Of a DNA stretch of 64,000 nucleotides, positions 39,682 to 49,589 are shown piece by piece. This stretch comes from an uncultured Verrucomicrobiae bacterium (lineage in GTDB: Bacteria > Verrucomicrobiota > Verrucomicrobiia > Chthoniobacterales > UBA10450): assembly GCA_963756875.1 (NCBI GenBank), contig CAVWPA010000003.1, positions 704,001-768,000 on the forward strand, given 5' to 3'. The notes under the pieces are model-generated. The model worked only from the letters and a program-made list of their open reading frames with translations, was not told where the DNA came from and searched no databases. How positions within the stretch are numbered: position 1 is the stretch's first letter; the number at the start of each line of letters is the position of its first letter. The position numbers and the translations under genes were made by a program.

Positions 39682-42411
39682 TCACAGCGCGGTCTTGACG
39701 TGATGATCGTAAAGCGCATGGAGGGTTTTGCGCGCTTTGTTGTAATTCGTTGCAAAGTCGTCGGCGTTTTTGTAGCCGAGACGACGGGCCAGCTTTTTCT
39801 GTTCTTCCAAGTCGGCGGGAACCGTGGAAACACTTTTGTTTTCCCAGCGCCGTAATGTTGTCGCGCAGCGCCGGAGAAAGTCGTAACTGCTTGTGGCCGA
39901 TTCAATCTCGGCGTTCGAAAGCAAATTTCGATCGCCCAGCCCCTGAAGCGCGTCACCCCAGTTCGGCCCCCATATGCCGTTTTTCATTTGCAAGGCCTGG
40001 ACTAAAAATTCCGCTTCAATCAGTCCACCCGCCCCGGTTTTGAAATCCAGAAAGTCCGAGCCGCTGCCGCGCCCCCCGCGGATTCGCTCCAGCATGCTAT
40101 CGATCTTTTCGAAAAGATCGGGCTGCCGTCCAGTTTCGGTCCAGATTCCCTTTACCATGTCGATGTACGGGCGTTGCAACGGTCCGCTGACAGGCCGCGC
40201 GCGGGTCAGGGCATGTATCTCCCAAAGTTGAGCGCGCTGTTTGTAATACGCCTCAAAAGCGTCCAATGAGCAGACCAGCGGACCTTTTTCACCGTCCGGG
40301 CGAAGACGTGCATCCAGTGCTGCGATATTTCCCTCCGGGCTCGAAGAGGTCATCGCAACGGTAAGACTTTGTGCCGCTCGAATATCGTCGCCAACAAAAA
40401 TAACATCGAGATCCGCGCCATAGTTAATTTCTCGTCCGCCGAATTTTCCCAGCGCAATAATGGTCAGACCTTCGCCGCCCAGAAGGCCGCTTGTAAATTC
40501 CAGGCAGGCTTCAGCCAGATCGGACAGCTCCGCAAAGATCGCCGCGGGTGTGGCCAGCCCGAGGACGTCCCGCAGAACAACTCGCAGCAAATGCCGCTGA
40601 CGGTATGCGCGGATCGGGTCGAGATTCGCCGCGTCGGCACCTAACGAACCGAGTCTTCGCAAGTTTTCTGCTTTTGATCGGGGCTCATAGAACGTGGGGT
40701 CGCGCGTGATTTCCTCGAGTAGTTGGGGCCGCCGAATGAGCAGGTCGCCGGCAAAGCGACTGCCATCGAATGTCTTGATCAGTAGCTCGAGCAATTTCGG
40801 ATTCGTTACCAGGAGCTCGAAAAGCAGACTGCGCAGACCGTAGGCTTCGACGAAGCGAACGAGTTGGTTCAGCGTGAAGTCGGGGTCAGCGGCCTTCGCA
40901 AGCCAGTCGAGCAAAAGCGGCCGGAGTTTGCGAAAAACCTGGCGCGTGCGGGGCGCTACATGGAAACCGGCCCTCCCGCGTGCCAGATCGTTGAGGGCCT
41001 TGTCTGCCCGTCTCTGGTCGGCAAATATGCCGGTCGCGACCGGTCCCTCGCCGGGCGTTCCCGCGGTCACGCGCTGAAAAATCGCGCGCACGCCTGTCAT
41101 GGTTTCTTTCAGCGCAGCGATAAATTGTTGCGCGGACGCAAAGCCAAGACTGAGCGCCAGCCGTCGCAGAGGCTCCGGCTCCTGCGGCACGGTGTGCGTT
41201 TGTTGCTCGGCGTCAATCTGTAACCGGTGTTCGACCCGGCGCAGAAAACGATACGCCCGGTCGAGATCGAGAACTTCCTTCCGGGGAATCAGTTCGAGCT
41301 CCGCCAGAGCATGTAATGCTCTCAGGGTGCTCGTTTCCTGCAAGAAGGTGTGATGCGCGCCGTGAACGAATTGAAGCGTTTGCACGACGAATTCGATCTC
41401 GCGTATGCCGCCACGCCCGAGTTTCACGTTCCGCTCCAACTTGTCCGCTCCGACAACATCTCGCTCAATCCGCCGTTTGATATTGGCGATCTCTTCGAAA
41501 AGGTCCGGCGTCGGACTTTTCGGATAGATAAATGGCTGGAGCAGCTGCAGGAATTCGTAGGCGAGCTCGCGGCTGCCGCAGATTCCACGCGCTTTGATCA
41601 ACGCGAGGCGTTCCCAGGTTTCGCCAAACCCGGCATAATAATTTTCCATGCTTTCCAATGAGCGCGCCAGCGGACCGGCGGAACCCTCGGGGCGAAGGCG
41701 CAGATCGATGCGAAAAAGCGGCCCTGCGGGATCGGTCGTGGCGAAAGATTTCAGGATCTTCTCGGCTAACTGATTGAACCACTCGTGATTCGAAAGGCGC
41801 GGCGACGCCTGACCTTCGCTGCTGTATAGAAAAAGCAAATCGATGTCGGAGCTGTGATTGAGCTCGTGGCCGCCCAGTTTTCCAAGGGCAACAACGGCAA
41901 ATTGCGCGGTGGGCGAACCGGAGCTCGCGCGCAACTGCGCGTTCCAGTAATTGTAAACTTCCGTGACGCAAATCTCCGCCAGTTGCGACAGTTCGGCCGT
42001 CGTTTCTTCCAACGCCGCCGCGCCGGCCAGTTCGCGCAGCGCAATCCGCGTCATCTCGCGGCTCTTCCAGGAGCGGAGTGCGCCAAAGTCTTTGGCCGCG
42101 ACCGAGTCCTCGGTCGATCTGCGGAGATCGGCGAGCATTTCTACGTAGCCACGTTCGCTCAGAGCAATCTCCGGCTGCGAAAGCCACAAGAGCATTTCGG
42201 GATGTAGCGCCAGTCGGGTCGCGCAGATTCTGGACATGGCTAAAAGATGCAAGATTGCAGCCTCGCCCATTGGAAATTTTTCGATGAGATCGACAAGGGG
42301 AGGCGCGCTGGCCGGCCACGATTCACTCAATTGAGCGAGCGCTTGTTCGACTTGCGCAGGCTGCAACGATCCAGCCGTCTTTTTCTGGATCCAATCGGTA
42401 CGGCGATGCAT
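39682..42411 (-). CDS. glnE: Glutamine synthetase adenylyltransferase/deadenylase
   Basis: Two NT domains: ALGKLGGHELNHSSDIDL..RIDLRLRPEG..WERLALIKAR..VKLGRGGIREIEF and GKFGGREINYGADLD..DARLRPDG. Confidence 0.95.
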   Translation of the reverse strand: MHRRTDWIQKKTAGSLQPAQVEQALAQLSESWPASAPPLVDLIEKFPMGEAAILHLLAMSRICATRLALHPEMLLWLSQPEIALSERGYVEMLADLRRSTEDSVAAKDFGALRSWKSREMTRIALRELAGAAALEETTAELSQLAEICVTEVYNYWNAQLRASSGSPTAQFAVVALGKLGGHELNHSSDIDLLFLYSSEGQASPRLSNHEWFNQLAEKILKSFATTDPAGPLFRIDLRLRPEGSAGPLARSLESMENYYAGFGETWERLALIKARGICGSRELAYEFLQLLQPFIYPKSPTPDLFEEIANIKRRIERDVVGADKLERNVKLGRGGIREIEFVVQTLQFVHGAHHTFLQETSTLRALHALAELELIPRKEVLDLDRAYRFLRRVEHRLQIDAEQQTHTVPQEPEPLRRLALSLGFASAQQFIAALKETMTGVRAIFQRVTAGTPGEGPVATGIFADQRRADKALNDLARGRAGFHVAPRTRQVFRKLRPLLLDWLAKAADPDFTLNQLVRFVEAYGLRSLLFELLVTNPKLLELLIKTFDGSRFAGDLLIRRPQLLEEITRDPTFYEPRSKAENLRRLGSLGADAANLDPIRAYRQRHLLRVVLRDVLGLATPAAIFAELSDLAEACLEFTSGLLGGEGLTIIALGKFGGREINYGADLDVIFVGDDIRAAQSLTVAMTSSSPEGNIAALDARLRPDGEKGPLVCSLDAFEAYYKQRAQLWEIHALTRARPVSGPLQRPYIDMVKGIWTETGRQPDLFEKIDSMLERIRGGRGSGSDFLDFKTGAGGLIEAEFLVQALQMKNGIWGPNWGDALQGLGDRNLLSNAEIESATSSYDFLRRCATTLRRWENKSVSTVPADLEEQKKLARRLGYKNADDFATNYNKARKTLHALYDHHVKTAL

Positions 42412-42611
42412 CTGCTGGGAAATTCCTCTAAATCCGCCGAAAGACCAGTTCCGGAAATAGACTTCTGACTTTCAAACGCGCAGAAATGCCCGCTCTCTCC
42501 CGAACGCAAGCCTAGTGGTGCATTTAAACCTGACTGCTTTAAGCAGTAAAGTTCAGCAATAGCATTCGCGCTCTTGACGCGTTGGATTCCGTCTAAGCGA
42601 AAAGCAGCGAC

Positions 42612-43451
42612 TTATGCCGCCTCTTTCTTTTCCAGAATTCTCTCGCGCGCTTTGAGCAGGCTGCGCCGTTCGGTCCTGCTAAGACTTTGGAAGCCGTGCC
42701 TTGAAATTTTCTCCAGCAGCGGATCGATTTCCTCCGCCATGAGCTGCTCGGCTGTAAGTTGGCGATAACGTTCGGCCGCGGCGCGACGCTGCCGCAACAA
42801 GCGCTGCAAGATCGATGTCCGCCCGAAGCCGAGCAGGTGTGCATACATCCAGCCGGCGACGCAGCCGCCAAGCCACGCGCTGTGGCTTACTGGACCGCTT
42901 CGGTCGACGCAAACCAGGAGCAATGCGAGCAGGAAAACACCGTAACCAAGATATTTTGCCTTCAGACGAAATGGCACCCCAAATAACTTTAGCGAACTCC
43001 ATTCCAACTCCGGAAGGATTGTGGCATATGCGGCGAGCACTGCCGCGACGCCTCCGGAAGCCGCAAACAGAACCGAGTTTGCCGGCATTAGAAAAAGATG
43101 AGTGAACTCACCGCTAACGGAGCCGGTCAGATACAAATAAAGGAAATGGCGCTGGCCGAGGATTGATTCCATATCCCGGCCGAAAGCGTAAAGAACGAAC
43201 ATGTTTCCCAGGAAGTGCCACGGACCGTCGTGGAGAAAAATCGCGGTAATGAACTGCCAGGAATAGGCATCGCGTATGCCGCGATCGCTGAGAGCGAGAT
43301 AATCGGAAACGAAACCCGCTTGATACCCTTCCAGGAAAAGCTGCACAACAAACGCGGCCGCATTCGCTCCGATTAATGCGAGCAGAACGACGCGCTGTTG
43401 CTGCCTCCACGGGCGAGCAAACAATGGTGGTTTTCGCCCCGACAGCCGCAT
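42612..43451 (-). CDS. Rhomboid-family protein with DUF6576-like tail (catalytic His apparently replaced)
   Basis: WQFITAIFLHDGPWHFLGNM, AASGG, SHSAWLGG, EIDPLLEKISRHG.QSL. Confidence 0.85.
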   Translation of the reverse strand: MRLSGRKPPLFARPWRQQQRVVLLALIGANAAAFVVQLFLEGYQAGFVSDYLALSDRGIRDAYSWQFITAIFLHDGPWHFLGNMFVLYAFGRDMESILGQRHFLYLYLTGSVSGEFTHLFLMPANSVLFAASGGVAAVLAAYATILPELEWSSLKLFGVPFRLKAKYLGYGVFLLALLLVCVDRSGPVSHSAWLGGCVAGWMYAHLLGFGRTSILQRLLRQRRAAAERYRQLTAEQLMAEEIDPLLEKISRHGFQSLSRTERRSLLKARERILEKKEAA

Positions 43452-43529
43452 CGTGAAAAGGCTATCAAAATGCGGCGAAAATGTCGATGTATTACTGGAA
43501 AAAATCCGTTGCGCCCGGGTTTGCCGATC

Positions 43530-44393
43530 TTAGCCGGGTGCGAAAACACGGAGCGAGCGCTGGCGAACACAAAACTCGACCGGACAATTGCCCATCAGTT
43601 CGCCATCGACTTCGACCGGCACTTTTTCGGCGCTTGTTACGCGCAGGCGCTGCGTTTGAAAATATTCGATCTCCGGCGTGTTAATCTCGGAGCTGAATAC
43701 CACATCCTGGAGATATTTGATGATCTCGAGATAACCGAGTCGCTTGAAAATGACGACGTCCAACAGACCATCGTCGATCACCGCGTGTTTGAAAAAAGGA
43801 AATGGCCCGCCGTACAAACGCCCGTTCCCGATCAAGACGAACGAACCTTCATTAATGGAGGCATTTTCCGATTCAATAAACAGTCGGGGTGGTTGACGCG
43901 CTGCGATCTGCGCCGCTGAAATCAGATAGCTGAGCGGCCCAAAATTTTCTCGCAACCGGGTGCTGGTTTCCTTGACGACCTGAGCGTCGAGACCCACTCC
44001 AGCCAGCTGAACAAAGTATTTCCGGTTTGCACTCGGAAGATCGACCAGGCGTGTGTTCTCGCCTTGAATGATGTTCCAACAAAGCTCGAGATTGTTGCCA
44101 GGCAGTCCGAGTTCCATGGCGAAGACGTTCATCGTGCCGATTGGCAGCAGCCCCAGCGTGGCATTGCTTCCAGCCAGGCCGTTGACCACTTCGTTCACTG
44201 TGCCGTCCCCCCCAGCTGCGACAATCCGCTGGACCCCTTCCCGCGCCGCCCGGCGTGCCAGGCCCTCGGCCTCACCGGACCGCGACGTGGAGCGAACAAC
44301 GGCGCCCTTGGCAAGCGATTCGACGCGTTCGCGTCTGCGCCGGGCGCGCTGGCCATGCGCGGCAGGATTAAGAATAACAAGCGTGCGAGTCAC
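43530..44393 (-). CDS. Soluble diacylglycerol/sphingosine kinase-family lipid kinase (YegS/BmrU-like)
   Basis: ILNPAA, AAGGDGTVNEVVNGL, LPIGTMNVFA, GVGLDA, YGG, VEVDGE. Confidence 0.92.
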   Translation of the reverse strand: MTRTLVILNPAAHGQRARRRRERVESLAKGAVVRSTSRSGEAEGLARRAAREGVQRIVAAGGDGTVNEVVNGLAGSNATLGLLPIGTMNVFAMELGLPGNNLELCWNIIQGENTRLVDLPSANRKYFVQLAGVGLDAQVVKETSTRLRENFGPLSYLISAAQIAARQPPRLFIESENASINEGSFVLIGNGRLYGGPFPFFKHAVIDDGLLDVVIFKRLGYLEIIKYLQDVVFSSEINTPEIEYFQTQRLRVTSAEKVPVEVDGELMGNCPVEFCVRQRSLRVFAPG

Positions 44394-44444
44394 GGGACTT
44401 TACAATTTCTTTTCTTCGAACTTGAGCTGGGTAACGTTCTGCAC

Positions 44445-45996
44445 GTGCAAAGACTCATCCGAATCATCCTGATCGTTCTCGGAGGATTGTCGATCTTCGC
44501 CGTGGTTCTTTTACTCGGGATGAATTTGTATGTGCAATCGCAGGGCACTCAAGCGCGGATTAGGCAGGAACTGAGCCAGCGTCTCGGCACGACACTGCAT
44601 ATTCAGCGAACCAGCGTGACGCCATGGGGAGGTCTTAAATTAAGCGGCATCGCCGTTCCGCAAGCTCCCGGTTCAACACAAGCTTCGGCGAATTTTCTCG
44701 AGGCGAAATCGTTCGGACTGCGAGTCAGGATCTTTTCGCTCTTTTCCCGGCGTCTCGTCGTTACAAATGTCTCGCTGATTGACCCGAAGGTGATCTGGCC
44801 GCAGGACCAGGATGGGAAATGGAGGCTGCCGGGTGCGGAGGAGGAAAAATTCGAAGCTGCGGCCAGGACAGGTGAAGCAGTCGAGGAATCACCCACGCCA
44901 AGGTCGACTGCAGAAACAGTTGCACCTTTGAAGCCGGCTCACGCAACGGCTTCTTTTTCCAAGCGTGCAACCAACAGGAAATTTACGTTTGTTCCGGACG
45001 TTCGACGTCTGAAGGTGGCGGGCGGCGATTTTCGATTTTTGGATCGGTCCGGAAACCTTGTCGCTGCTTTCGAAGACGTTGGATTTCGTTCCAGCGTTCG
45101 CAACTCGGTTGATCTGGACGGTCGCGTTACGGTTGAAAAAATTTCGATTCGCGATCGCTTTTTCCTGGAGAAGCTGACGTCTCCGCTGCGTTATCAGCCG
45201 GGTAAGCTGGAGTTGTCGAAGATCTCTGCGCAAGCCGGCGGCGGCGACATCATGGGCCATTTCTCCATGCAGCCGCAAACCGCGGATTCGCCGTTCACAG
45301 TGGAAGTAAAATTTCGCAAGGTCCCTGTCGATCGCATCATCATCGAGGCAGGCGGCCCGCGCGGACTCGTCCAGGGTGAGATTGAAGGCAGCTTGCAAGC
45401 AGCAGGGAAAGCTGCCGATCCGAACGCGCTGGTCGGAAATGGTGAAATTCTCTTGAGGAATGGAGAGGTCCGGCAATACAGCCTGCTCGTCGCACTGGGC
45501 CAGATTTTGCAAATCGAGGAGCTAAAGCAGCTTCATCTTGAGGAGGCGGAAGCCAAATATCACATGACTCCCGGCCTCGTTACCGTGGACGAACTGATTT
45601 TGCGCTCGCAAAATATCCGGCTTTCCGCAACCGGCACGATCAGCTTTGCCGGCAAATTGCACCTCGATTCGCGGCTTGCCATAGACGAAAAAATTCGCGC
45701 CCGGCTTTTTAAGCCGATTCGGGTGAATTTTCAGCCAATCGATGAACCCGGATACTCGGCGGTCGATTTCCAGGTGACCGGGTACGATCAAACGGCCAAA
45801 AACGAACCTGCTTAAAAAAGTGGTTGGGCACGATCTGGAGGATTTGTTCGGTCGTTTCCTGGGCGGAAAGAAGGCGCGCCCGAAGAGGAACAAGTCCGAA
45901 GTTGTATCGCCGGCCGAGCCGCCCACTCCATCGCCGGCACCCAGTCGGGCCAGCGATGCAACCGAAGCTGCGGTTACGCCGAGTCCTTCGCCATGA
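44445..45996 (+). CDS. AsmA-like protein; frameshift near 45780 (extra G)
   Basis: N-terminal TM segment and beta-rich body; removing one G gives VTGTIKRPKTNLL.. and a TGA at 45996 overlapping the rsmD ATG. Confidence 0.75.
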
Positions 45997-46544
45997 GAGT
46001 GATCGCCGGTAGCGCCGGCGGTGTCAGGTTGTCTGTTCCCAGAACCGGCGTCCGCCCGACCATGGATCGGGTCAAGGCGGCCATTTTTTCCAGTTTGGGT
46101 GACACGGTCATCGGCGCGCGAGTTCTCGATCTTTTCGCGGGCAGTGGCGCGCTGGGCATTGAAGCACTCAGTCGGGGCGCTTCGTTTGCGCTCTTTGTAG
46201 ACGACGATCGGCAATCCATCGTGACGATTGAACAAAATCTGGCCAGGACCGGCCTTCAAGGGCAGTTGCGGAAACAAGACGCATTCATCTTCCTGCGCGG
46301 CATGACTTCGGGCCAAAAATTCCGGATCATTTTTGCCGATCCGCCGTACCATCAGACAGTCTCCGGGGTTTCCATTACAAAAAAACTACTGACCTGCGCA
46401 AAGCTGCCTGAAATACTGGAACCAGGTGGGCTTTTTGTTCTGGAAAAACATCCCGCGGAGAAAATGCCGGACGCGCCGTTCTGGAAGGTGCGCCGCGCAA
46501 AAGTCTATGGTGCAACTCAAGTTTTATTTCTTGAGAGCGCGTGA
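45993..46544 (+). CDS. rsmD: 16S rRNA m2G966 methyltransferase
   Basis: MRVIAG..RPT.DRVK.AIFS, VLDLFAGSGALGIEALSRGA, IFADPPY. Confidence 0.95.
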   Translation: MRVIAGSAGGVRLSVPRTGVRPTMDRVKAAIFSSLGDTVIGARVLDLFAGSGALGIEALSRGASFALFVDDDRQSIVTIEQNLARTGLQGQLRKQDAFIFLRGMTSGQKFRIIFADPPYHQTVSGVSITKKLLTCAKLPEILEPGGLFVLEKHPAEKMPDAPFWKVRRAKVYGATQVLFLESA

Positions 46545-46574
46545 GGTTTCGTGCTGATGGAGCCGCGCGGCCGC

Positions 46575-47879
46575 ATGTTTCGTTTTCTCTATAATTTGCT
46601 TTGGCCCGTCGGCCTTCTCCTTTTTTTGCCGGGCTATCTGATCAAAATGTTTCGGCGCGGCGGCTATCGGTCAAAATTCGGTCAGCGTCTCGGATGGTAC
46701 GATTCCGAAGTGCGCCGGCGGCTGGCACGGCAAAAATCGACCTGGCTGCACGCAGTCAGCGTTGGGGAAGTAGGAATCGCGCTCAAGCTCGCTGCGGAAA
46801 TGCGCGTTCTACAACCCGATCTGCAATGCATCCTGACTACGACCACGACAACCGGGTTCGCGTTTGCCAGTAAAAATGCGCTGCCATGGATCGAGGTAAT
46901 GTACAACCCGCTCGATTTTTGGCCGATCATGCGACGCGCATTTTCGGTGTTGAAACCGGCGAAAATCGTTCTGGTCGAAGCTGAGATCTGGCCGAACCTC
47001 GTGGCGGAGGCGCATGCTCATGGAATTCCAATTGCGTTGGCGAACGCGCGTCTCTCTCCGCGATCGGAGCGGAGATTTCGCCGTTTTCGACAGTTCGTTA
47101 CGCCTACTTTTCGTCTTCTTGATCTGATTTGTGTGCAGGAACCGGAGGATGTCGATCGCTGGGCTGCGCTGGGCGTCGATCGCTCCCGTATCCATTGCAC
47201 CGGCAGTATCAAGTTCGATCCGGGCAACATTTCTCTCGATCCAACGCTCGCGTGCAATGTTCTCCGCGAGTTCGAGATCGACGCAAACCGGCCGATCCTT
47301 TTGGGCGGAAGCACGCATTCCGGCGAGGAGGAAATTCTGGCCAGCATTTTCATGGAACTTCGCTCTCAGTTTCCGGGGTTGTTCCTCGTGATCGCTCCGC
47401 GCCATGCGGAGCGCGGACGAGAAGTTCAACGCAGTCTTAAGCAACTCGGCTTGCGCGTGGTATTGCGCACTCAGCCCATCGCTGATGCGGCGTCCGATTG
47501 CCTGATTCTTGATAGCACCGGTGAACTGCGAAACTGGTATGCTGCGGCGACAATCGTGTTCGTGGGGAAGAGTCTTACCGTCCATGGAGGGCAAAACCCG
47601 GCCGAAGCCATCGCCGCGGGTAAGCCGGTCTTATTTGGGCCTCACATGGAGAATTTCGCCGCGCTCGCGCGATCGCTTGTCGAACAGAAAGGCGCGATAC
47701 AGGTCGAAAACAAGAAGGGGTTGAAAGAAGCAATTTCCACTCTGCTGAACGACGAAAATCGCCGCGAAAAGTTGAGCCAGGATGCGCATCGAGTCCTCGA
47801 AAAGCACCGCTACGCGACGGCGCGCGCCGCGAAGCTGATTAATTATCTCGCGGCCCGGGCTGAAAACCCCGCAGGCTAG
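46575..47879 (+). CDS. waaA: Kdo transferase
   Basis: WLHAVSVGE, EAEIWPN, NARLS, GSTHSGEE, APRHAER, DSTGEL, GGQNPAE. Confidence 0.95.
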   Translation: MFRFLYNLLWPVGLLLFLPGYLIKMFRRGGYRSKFGQRLGWYDSEVRRRLARQKSTWLHAVSVGEVGIALKLAAEMRVLQPDLQCILTTTTTTGFAFASKNALPWIEVMYNPLDFWPIMRRAFSVLKPAKIVLVEAEIWPNLVAEAHAHGIPIALANARLSPRSERRFRRFRQFVTPTFRLLDLICVQEPEDVDRWAALGVDRSRIHCTGSIKFDPGNISLDPTLACNVLREFEIDANRPILLGGSTHSGEEEILASIFMELRSQFPGLFLVIAPRHAERGREVQRSLKQLGLRVVLRTQPIADAASDCLILDSTGELRNWYAAATIVFVGKSLTVHGGQNPAEAIAAGKPVLFGPHMENFAALARSLVEQKGAIQVENKKGLKEAISTLLNDENRREKLSQDAHRVLEKHRYATARAAKLINYLAARAENPAG

Positions 47880-48011
47880 CTTCATGTCGCTTGGTTCCCG
47901 CCGGCTTCGTTTGCGAAAAATGCAAGGAAACGCTGGGCCCCAGATTGGATCGTTTTCCGGCAATTTACCTTGCGTGCATCGGTCTCAATTCCGATATTGC
48001 CCGGCTTTTGT

Positions 48012-48087
48012 GACCCTATCGTCCAGAGGCCTAGGACACCGCCCTTTCACGGCGGTAACACGGGTTCGAATCCCGTTAGGGTCGCCA
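48012..48087 (+). tRNA. tRNA-Glu (TTC)
   Basis: Acceptor stem GACCCTA/TAGGGTC plus GCCA; anticodon arm ccgcc-ctTTCac-ggcgg; T-arm GGTTCGAATCC. Confidence 0.97.
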
Positions 48088-48170
48088 TTCGACTCGGCCC
48101 CATGAAGGGCCTCGCTCATGCGACTTGATCCCCAATTTGCCCTAGCTTGGGCGTGGGATTAGGTCCAATT

Positions 48171-49379
48171 ATGCCAAACATCAATACCAGGAAGGGCTTG
48201 ATCGGTATTCTCACCGGCGGCGGGGATGTGCCGGGGCTGAATCCCGCGATCCGCGCGGTCACGGTTCGCGCCCTGCGCGAAGGCTACCAGGTGGTCGGTC
48301 TCCGGCGTGGCTGGCTTGGCGCGATCGGCATCGTGCGCGATGAGCACGCCGACAACAGTGAGAACTTTCAAATCCTGACGGAAGAGATCGTCAATCGTGC
48401 GGCACGCACAGGCGGCACGTTTCTACATACGTCGCGTACGAACCCGCCGGCAGTGAAGAAAGAAGATGTGCCTGAGCCGCTGCGCGAAACCTACAATCAA
48501 GACAAGAACGATCTCACCCCTGAAGTCATCAAGAACCTGGATTGGCTCGGCATTGACTATCTGATTCCGATCGGCGGCGACGACACGCTTTCTTTTGCGA
48601 CCCGCTTGCACAAGGAAGGCGTCAAGGTCGTCGCGATACCCAAGACGATGGATAATGACGTGCCGGGCACCGATTATTGCATCGGATTTAGCACCTGCGT
48701 CAGCCGCACGATTGAGTTGTCGAATCGCCTCCGCACATCGGCCGGATCTCACGAACGATTTCTCGTGATGGAAGTATTCGGACGCTACGCGGGGTTCACC
48801 GCGATGCTGCCGACGATGGCGGGCGCGGCGAATCGGTGCGTCATCCCCGAATACAAATTCGACATTGAGCATCTGACCGAATTGTTGTGCTATGACCGCG
48901 CGCGCCATCCGAGCCAATATTCAGTCGTCATCGTTTCAGAAGGGGCAATATTCGAAGGGGGTGAGATGGTGTTCTCCGGCAAGAGGACCGATGCGTTCGG
49001 GCACGCGAAGCTCGGCGGCATCGGCGACCTGGTCTCGGCAGAACTCCAAGACCGCTCCTCCAAATACAACAAGGGCAAGCCTATACATGTCATCAATCAG
49101 CGTCTCGGCTATATGGTGCGCGGCGGCGATCCCGACGCGATTGATTCGATTGTGCCCATGGCGTACGGCAACCTTGCCCTTGATCTCATCTTGCGTGGCA
49201 GCCAGGGCCGCCTCGTCGTCTTGAAGAATGGGCGCTATGACAACGTGCCGATCGAAGTGGTGACCAGCACCAAGAAAACGGTCAACGTCGACAAGTACTA
49301 TAACAAGGAGCGCCTGCGTCCGCTCTACACCGATTTCGAAATGCAGCCGCTATTCATCATGGCAAGCGAGCAGGGCTGA
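48171..49379 (+). CDS. pfkA: 6-phosphofructokinase family protein (possibly PPi-dependent)
   Basis: ILTGGGDVPGLN, GGTFLHTSR, IGGDDT, IPKTMDND, EVFGR, LGYMVRGG. Confidence 0.92.
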   Translation: MPNINTRKGLIGILTGGGDVPGLNPAIRAVTVRALREGYQVVGLRRGWLGAIGIVRDEHADNSENFQILTEEIVNRAARTGGTFLHTSRTNPPAVKKEDVPEPLRETYNQDKNDLTPEVIKNLDWLGIDYLIPIGGDDTLSFATRLHKEGVKVVAIPKTMDNDVPGTDYCIGFSTCVSRTIELSNRLRTSAGSHERFLVMEVFGRYAGFTAMLPTMAGAANRCVIPEYKFDIEHLTELLCYDRARHPSQYSVVIVSEGAIFEGGEMVFSGKRTDAFGHAKLGGIGDLVSAELQDRSSKYNKGKPIHVINQRLGYMVRGGDPDAIDSIVPMAYGNLALDLILRGSQGRLVVLKNGRYDNVPIEVVTSTKKTVNVDKYYNKERLRPLYTDFEMQPLFIMASEQG

Positions 49380-49515
49380 AGCCAAAATGCGGTTTCAGCC
49401 GCCTTGGTAAATATTAGACAACTACGCGCGCGCGAAATCCTCCTTTTTCGCCATAACGCGCAGTCTACAGCGCATTTGTGGCGGAAATTGCGCAGAATCA
49501 CGAAATGTGAAAATT

Positions 49516-49539
49516 GGTTTCGAATCCCGTTAAAGGTCG
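49516..49539 (+). repeat. Partial direct repeat of the tRNA-Glu 3' end (att-like)
   Basis: ttcgaatcccgtta at 49519-49532 is identical to 48065-48078 and is followed closely by ggtcg in both copies. Confidence 0.5.
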
Positions 49540-49589
49540 ATTGGAATGGTGTTCTCTTCGTTTTTGTGGTAGGAAATACGCCCCCTCAA

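Noticed and set aside
18550..45996. Programmed frameshifting in the 3D-domain gene (18654) and the AsmA-like gene (45780)
   Set aside because: No canonical slippery heptamer is evident, and removing one base restores a normal protein and, for the AsmA-like gene, the normal overlap with rsmD
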